From Amoebophrya sp. A120 (Eukaryota > Protista > Dinoflagellata): a DNA stretch of 64,000 nucleotides. The notes under the pieces were generated by a model that did no database searches, had not been told where the DNA came from, and was given only the letters and a program-made list of their open reading frames with translations. Location of the stretch: contig CAJINV010000004.1 in assembly GCA_905178155.1 (NCBI GenBank), positions 466,969-530,968 on the forward strand. The letters run 5' to 3'. Positions 63,901 to 64,000 of this stretch are shown one piece after another (position 1 is the first letter of the stretch; each line of letters opens with the position of its first letter). The translations under genes and the position numbers were made by a program.

Positions 63901-64000
63901 TTTACGCGGTAGCGGAGGGTGCTTTGAACTTCATGAAGGCGAACGGCTTCGTCAACACGACAGGGACGGCAACTCTGGAGCACCAGGCCTTAGAGGAAAG
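1..64000 (+). CDS. Giant multi-exon mucin-like repeat protein (SEA-like domains + Thr-rich linkers), partial at both ends, ~15,400 aa in window
   Basis: Manual join: 1-909,1187-2050,2272-3156,4426-4479,4710-5938,6094-6448,6717-7126,7368-7854,8115-8182,8337-8369,8534-9123,9390-9904,10122-11213,11430-20133,20317-21926,22140-22235,22530-22591,22761-23305,24308-24357,24644-25173,25470-25937,26141-26938,27162-28422,28590-30553,30821-31779,31992-32347,34255-34410,34738-34791,35063-36151,36433-37006,38897-39978,40263-40743,40900-46151,46312-46401,46630-47733,47889-50063,50337-50571,50865-51655,51809-52287,52444-52777,53022-53562,53779-54345,54614-54735,55004-55031,55358-55900,56169-56425,56697-56954,57222-57360,57725-57829,57985-58297,58525-58686,58943-60149,60434-60470,60712-61284,61457-64000. 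Removed length 17,814 nt is a multiple of 3. Junctions restore repeat consensus (e.g. IKY|FE, GTW|FYL, GIP|GVK). No start or stop codon of the gene is in the window. Confidence 0.85.
910..1181. mobile_element. Introner E1, family A
   Basis: TIR tatgcattgcaaatatgtctgggtctgg / tatcaaatgcaaatatgtctgggtctgg; TSD gaagg/gaagg. Confidence 0.9.
2051..2266. mobile_element. Introner E2, family B
   Basis: ~36-bp TIR tatgagagtgcacaactccccctcccccttatttgt; TSD agctg/agctg; join AALA|DQDL. Confidence 0.92.
3157..4420. mobile_element. Introner E3, family A, with nested element
   Basis: TIR tatcaactgcaaa-atgtctgggtctggaaga; TSD cgcga/cgcga. Confidence 0.9.
3380..4372. mobile_element. Nested non-autonomous DNA transposon with ~200-bp imperfect TIRs and 8-bp TSD
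   Basis: Ends taagaaggcac / gtgccttcata; TSD atgacaaa at 3372-3379 and 4373-4380; arms share caggggtgcagagctc-aaagtcgctca. Confidence 0.85.
4480..4704. mobile_element. Introner E4, diverged singleton
   Basis: TAT..ATA ends, degenerate TIR; TSD agaca/agacg; join LKD|GIVDYF. Confidence 0.75.
4710..5938 (+). CDS. Exon of giant repeat protein
   Basis: ORF 4742..6028 repeats, bounded by introner elements. Confidence 0.85.
5939..6088. mobile_element. Introner E5, family D
   Basis: tatgcagtgcaagagtaccgt..acggtacttttgcagtgcaca; TSD ccact/ccagc. Confidence 0.8.
6449..6711. mobile_element. Introner E6, family A
   Basis: Family A TIRs; TSD gactg/gaccg. Confidence 0.88.
7127..7362. mobile_element. 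Introner E7, family C (reversed relative to E40/E53)
   Basis: TIR tatgg---tctcaaa-gttacattctcaactgttgcatgg; TSD ccgag/ccgag. Confidence 0.92.
7855..8109. mobile_element. Introner E8, family A
   Basis: Family A TIRs, right end degenerate; TSD ggccg/ggccg. Confidence 0.85.
8183..8331. mobile_element. Introner E9, family D
   Basis: TIR tat----tgcaaaagtatcgtactcgtataaatgca; TSD cgatc/cgatc. Confidence 0.9.
8370..8528. mobile_element. Introner E10, family D
   Basis: tatgcattgcaaaagta..tacttttgcaacgcata; TSD cgacg/cgacg. Confidence 0.88.
9124..9384. mobile_element. Introner E11, family A (reversed relative to E3/E28/E45)
   Basis: Family A TIRs; TSD tactt/tactt; join IKY|FELT. Confidence 0.92.
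9905..10116. mobile_element. Introner E12, family E
   Basis: tatccaagaaaaaaactgtg..gtttttttcgtgcata; TSD tagaa/tggaa. Confidence 0.82.
10122..11213 (+). CDS. Exon of giant repeat protein
   Basis: ORF 10004..11359 minus element-derived ends. Confidence 0.85.
11214..11424. mobile_element. Introner E13, singleton
   Basis: TIR tat--aaagaaaaaagtttgtcac; TSD gatcg/gattg. Confidence 0.88.
11430..20133 (+). CDS. 8.7-kb exon of giant repeat protein
   Basis: ORF 11477..20149 (2890 aa); two alternating domain subtypes (LxRGLxLQL.. and REITFTFD..) with poly-Thr linkers. Confidence 0.92.
20134..20311. mobile_element. Introner E14, family G
   Basis: tatccacagcaaat..atttgtcttgcata; TSD acaac/agaac. Confidence 0.78.
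20317..21926 (+). CDS. Exon of giant repeat protein
   Basis: ORF 20270..21949. Confidence 0.88.
21927..22134. mobile_element. Introner E15, family E
   Basis: tatccaggaaaaaaagtgtgtaa..ttacgcagttttgttttgcata; TSD acgtg/acgtg; join ILR|AYEL. Confidence 0.87.
22236..22524. mobile_element. Introner E16, family F
   Basis: 32-bp near-perfect TIR tatcctgagtaaaaac(g/a)tacccacaccagagt; TSD gtggt/gtggt. Confidence 0.93.
22592..22755. mobile_element. Introner E17, family G
   Basis: tatccatggcaaattt..aaatttgtgttgcata; TSD acgtg/acgcc. Confidence 0.78.
23306..24302. mobile_element. Introner E18, family A, with nested element
   Basis: Family A TIRs; TSD gtgat/gtgat. Confidence 0.9.
23388..24106 (+). mobile_element. 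Nested element with asymmetric (subterminal) inverted repeat and 3' hairpin, Helentron/Helitron2-like
   Basis: Starts gtagtgaggtca; its complement tgacctcactac ends at 24083, followed by hairpin ccgc-ggac-gcgg; gtat on both flanks; host family A sequence resumes as tgcgtgaccagcaagagg. Confidence 0.7.
24358..24638. mobile_element. Introner E19, family F
   Basis: TIR tatcct-tgtaaaaacgt-cccac-ccata; TSD cacgg/cacgg. Confidence 0.9.
25174..25464. mobile_element. Introner E20, family A
   Basis: Family A TIRs; TSD cgagc/cgagc. Confidence 0.88.
25938..26135. mobile_element. Introner E21, diverged family D-like
   Basis: tatgaaattgcaaaag..cttttgcaattttccata; TSD cggtt/cggct. Confidence 0.78.
26939..27156. 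mobile_element. Introner E22, family B
   Basis: tatgaacattgacaactccc..ggggaattgtgcactctcata; TSD caccg/cgccg. Confidence 0.83.
27162..28422 (+). CDS. Exon of giant repeat protein (domains with long inserted loops)
   Basis: ORF 27144..28463. Confidence 0.85.
28423..28584. mobile_element. Introner E23, family D
   Basis: tatgcatagcaaaagtgtcgtact..gatacttttgcgatgcata; TSD gaact/gaatt. Confidence 0.87.
28590..30553 (+). CDS. Exon of giant repeat protein (domains with long basic/helical inserts)
   Basis: ORF 28610..30565. Confidence 0.87.
30554..30815. mobile_element. Introner E24, family A
   Basis: Family A TIRs; TSD acgga/acgga; close relative of E47. Confidence 0.92.
31780..31986. mobile_element. 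Introner E25, family B
   Basis: TIR core gcacaactccccctccccctcatttgt; TSD gatca/gatca; join TDQ|WP. Confidence 0.9.
32348..34254 (+). other. Canonical GT-AG intron (1907 nt)
   Basis: gct g|gtataa ... ttacttctcag|gt att ctg; join IEA|GILKWL in frame; no TIR. Confidence 0.8.
32890..34035. repeat. Intronic satellite: ~30-bp cttcttg(a/g)gatttgtc-based units with a 230-bp higher-order repeat
   Basis: Block cttcttgagatttgtctccctc-gctttcctggtatgcc recurs at ~33402, ~33632 and ~33862. Confidence 0.9.
34411..34732. mobile_element. Introner E27, family I
   Basis: TIR tatt-----gaaaaat-cccctccccatatc-aaa-gg; TSD tggtt/tggtt. Confidence 0.88.
34792..35057. mobile_element. Introner E28, family A
   Basis: Family A TIRs; TSD ggtgg/ggtgg. 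Confidence 0.9.
35063..36151 (+). CDS. Exon of giant repeat protein
   Basis: ORF 35059..36234; contains RRGSVDV. Confidence 0.85.
36152..36427. mobile_element. Introner E29, family A
   Basis: Family A TIRs; TSD tgaga/tgaga. Confidence 0.88.
37856..38063. repeat. ~85-bp-arm palindrome built from ccgggtaggaaa/tttcctacccgg units
   Basis: 37856-37942 is the near reverse complement of 37978-38063. Confidence 0.88.
38070..38730. repeat. ~7 tandem 82-99 bp self-complementary units
   Basis: aaaacctcgtatagcc...ggctatg-gaggtttt units start at ~38070, 38168, 38267, 38363, 38446, 38528 and 38624. Confidence 0.88.
38897..39978 (+). CDS. Exon of giant repeat protein
   Basis: ORF 38898..39986. Confidence 0.85.
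39979..40257. mobile_element. Introner E31, family F
   Basis: tatcctgagtgaaaacgtccccaccccagagt..actctggggtggaaacgtttttgctcaccata; TSD tggcg/ggggg. Confidence 0.85.
40744..40894. mobile_element. Introner E32, family H
   Basis: tatgcaatacaaatttcccgtac..cgggaaatttgctgtggata; TSD accgt/accgt. Confidence 0.9.
40900..46151 (+). CDS. 5.25-kb exon of giant repeat protein
   Basis: ORF 40844..46177 (1777 aa); RQFxIDFT.. subtype, many N-x-S/T sequons. Confidence 0.92.
46152..46306. mobile_element. Introner E33, family D
   Basis: tatgcattgcaaaa..ttttgcagtgcata; TSD cgcgt/ggcgt; join ATA|WPG. Confidence 0.85.
46402..46624. mobile_element. Introner E34, family B
   Basis: taggacagtgcacaactcccc..ggggagttgtgcactttcata; TSD ccccg/tcccg. 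Confidence 0.87.
47734..47883. mobile_element. Introner E35, family H
   Basis: Homologous to E32; TSD agtga/agtca. Confidence 0.88.
47889..50063 (+). CDS. Exon of giant repeat protein
   Basis: ORF 47894..50149. Confidence 0.88.
50064..50331. mobile_element. Introner E36, family A
   Basis: Starts taacaaatgc; TSD ggagc/ggagc. Confidence 0.88.
50572..50859. mobile_element. Introner E37, family F (reversed relative to E19)
   Basis: tatcctatgtaaaaacgtccccacccc..; right end degraded (gatt); TSD ctggc/ctggc. Confidence 0.85.
51656..51803. mobile_element. Introner E38, family D
   Basis: tatcctgtgcaaaaatatcgtactcgta..; TSD ctgga/ccgga. Confidence 0.86.
52288..52438. mobile_element. Introner E39, family H (reversed relative to E32/E35)
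   Basis: tatccacagtaaatttcccg..cgggaaatttgtattgcata; TSD actca/actca. Confidence 0.9.
52778..53016. mobile_element. Introner E40, family C
   Basis: Family C TIRs; TSD gatga/gatga; join GM|ILREF. Confidence 0.92.
53563..53773. mobile_element. Introner E41, family E (reversed relative to E12/E15)
   Basis: tatgcaagaaaaaaactgtgtaagtg..cacttacacagtttttttcctggatg; TSD actga/gcaga; join LLT|DQSL. Confidence 0.83.
54346..54608. mobile_element. Introner E42, family A (E6-like)
   Basis: Family A TIRs, degenerate; TSD tccct/tccct. Confidence 0.86.
54736..54998. mobile_element. Introner E43, family A
   Basis: Family A TIRs; TSD caacc/caacc. Confidence 0.92.
55032..55352. mobile_element. Introner E44, family I
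   Basis: Homologous to E27; TSD tcccc/tcccc. Confidence 0.88.
55901..56163. mobile_element. Introner E45, family A
   Basis: Family A TIRs; TSD gccat/gccat. Confidence 0.92.
56426..56691. mobile_element. Introner E46, family A
   Basis: Family A TIRs; TSD gaccg/gaccg. Confidence 0.92.
56955..57216. mobile_element. Introner E47, family A
   Basis: Family A TIRs; TSD cacga/cacga. Confidence 0.92.
57361..57719. mobile_element. Introner E48, singleton
   Basis: TIR tatgg-ag-gtcaggattga-atcg-caaagttgaa; TSD acggc/acggc. Confidence 0.9.
57470..57573. repeat. 3 perfect tandem copies of a 32-bp unit inside E48
   Basis: gccatgctgtttgggtaaggaagacgcctttt at 57470, 57502 and 57534, plus 8 bp. Confidence 0.95.
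57830..57979. mobile_element. Introner E49, family D
   Basis: Family D TIRs; TSD gagaa/gagaa. Confidence 0.9.
58298..58519. mobile_element. Introner E50, family B
   Basis: tatgacagtggacaact..agttgtgcactgtcata; TSD caacg/caacg. Confidence 0.9.
58687..58937. mobile_element. Introner E51, family A
   Basis: Family A TIRs; TSD gtgtc/gtgtc. Confidence 0.9.
58943..60149 (+). CDS. Exon of giant repeat protein
   Basis: ORF 58859..60157. Confidence 0.85.
60150..60428. mobile_element. Introner E52, family F (close inverted copy of E16)
   Basis: Family F TIRs; TSD ccttt/ccttt. Confidence 0.93.
60471..60706. mobile_element. Introner E53, family C
   Basis: Family C TIRs; TSD attcc/attcc; join NIP|GVK. 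Confidence 0.92.
61285..61451. mobile_element. Introner E54, family G
   Basis: tatccacagcaaattt..tttgtgttgcata; TSD acgtc/gcatc. Confidence 0.8.
61457..64000 (+). CDS. Last exon in window (3' partial); absent from the ORF track because it runs off the edge
   Basis: Reads SIASRTFNIDFTV... to ...GTATLEHQALEE, same repeat pattern. Confidence 0.85.

Noticed and set aside
1-64000. Cluster of many separate genes, or a transposon-riddled pseudogene
   Set aside because: ORF starts and stops fall inside the inserted elements. After removal there are no exonic stops or frameshifts over ~46 kb, which is unlikely for a dead gene.

Overview
The window lies entirely inside one giant eukaryotic + strand gene, open at both edges. 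It encodes tandem ~110-140 aa domains (SEA/ferredoxin-like by inference) joined by PAP-poly-Thr mucin-type linkers. By manual reading the frame is interrupted 54 times. 52 interruptions are MITE-like elements (mostly 148-359 bp) that begin TAT, end ATA, carry ~25-45 bp terminal inverted repeats (TIRs) and sit between 5-bp target-site duplications (TSDs). They form about 9 TIR families plus 3 singletons, occur in both orientations and mostly lack GT-AG ends. One more interruption is a 1.9-kb TA-flanked TIR element, and one is a canonical GT-AG intron holding a satellite. Removing each element plus one TSD copy gives one stop-free frame of ~46.2 kb (~15,400 codons). This matches the invasive non-canonical introns (introner elements) reported in the parasitic dinoflagellate Amoebophrya; the taxon is an inference. 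Two introners hold nested transposons. I recognised no transposase, RNA gene or CRISPR array. Exon coordinates below keep the upstream TSD copy by convention; true junctions inside the TSDs need RNA data.
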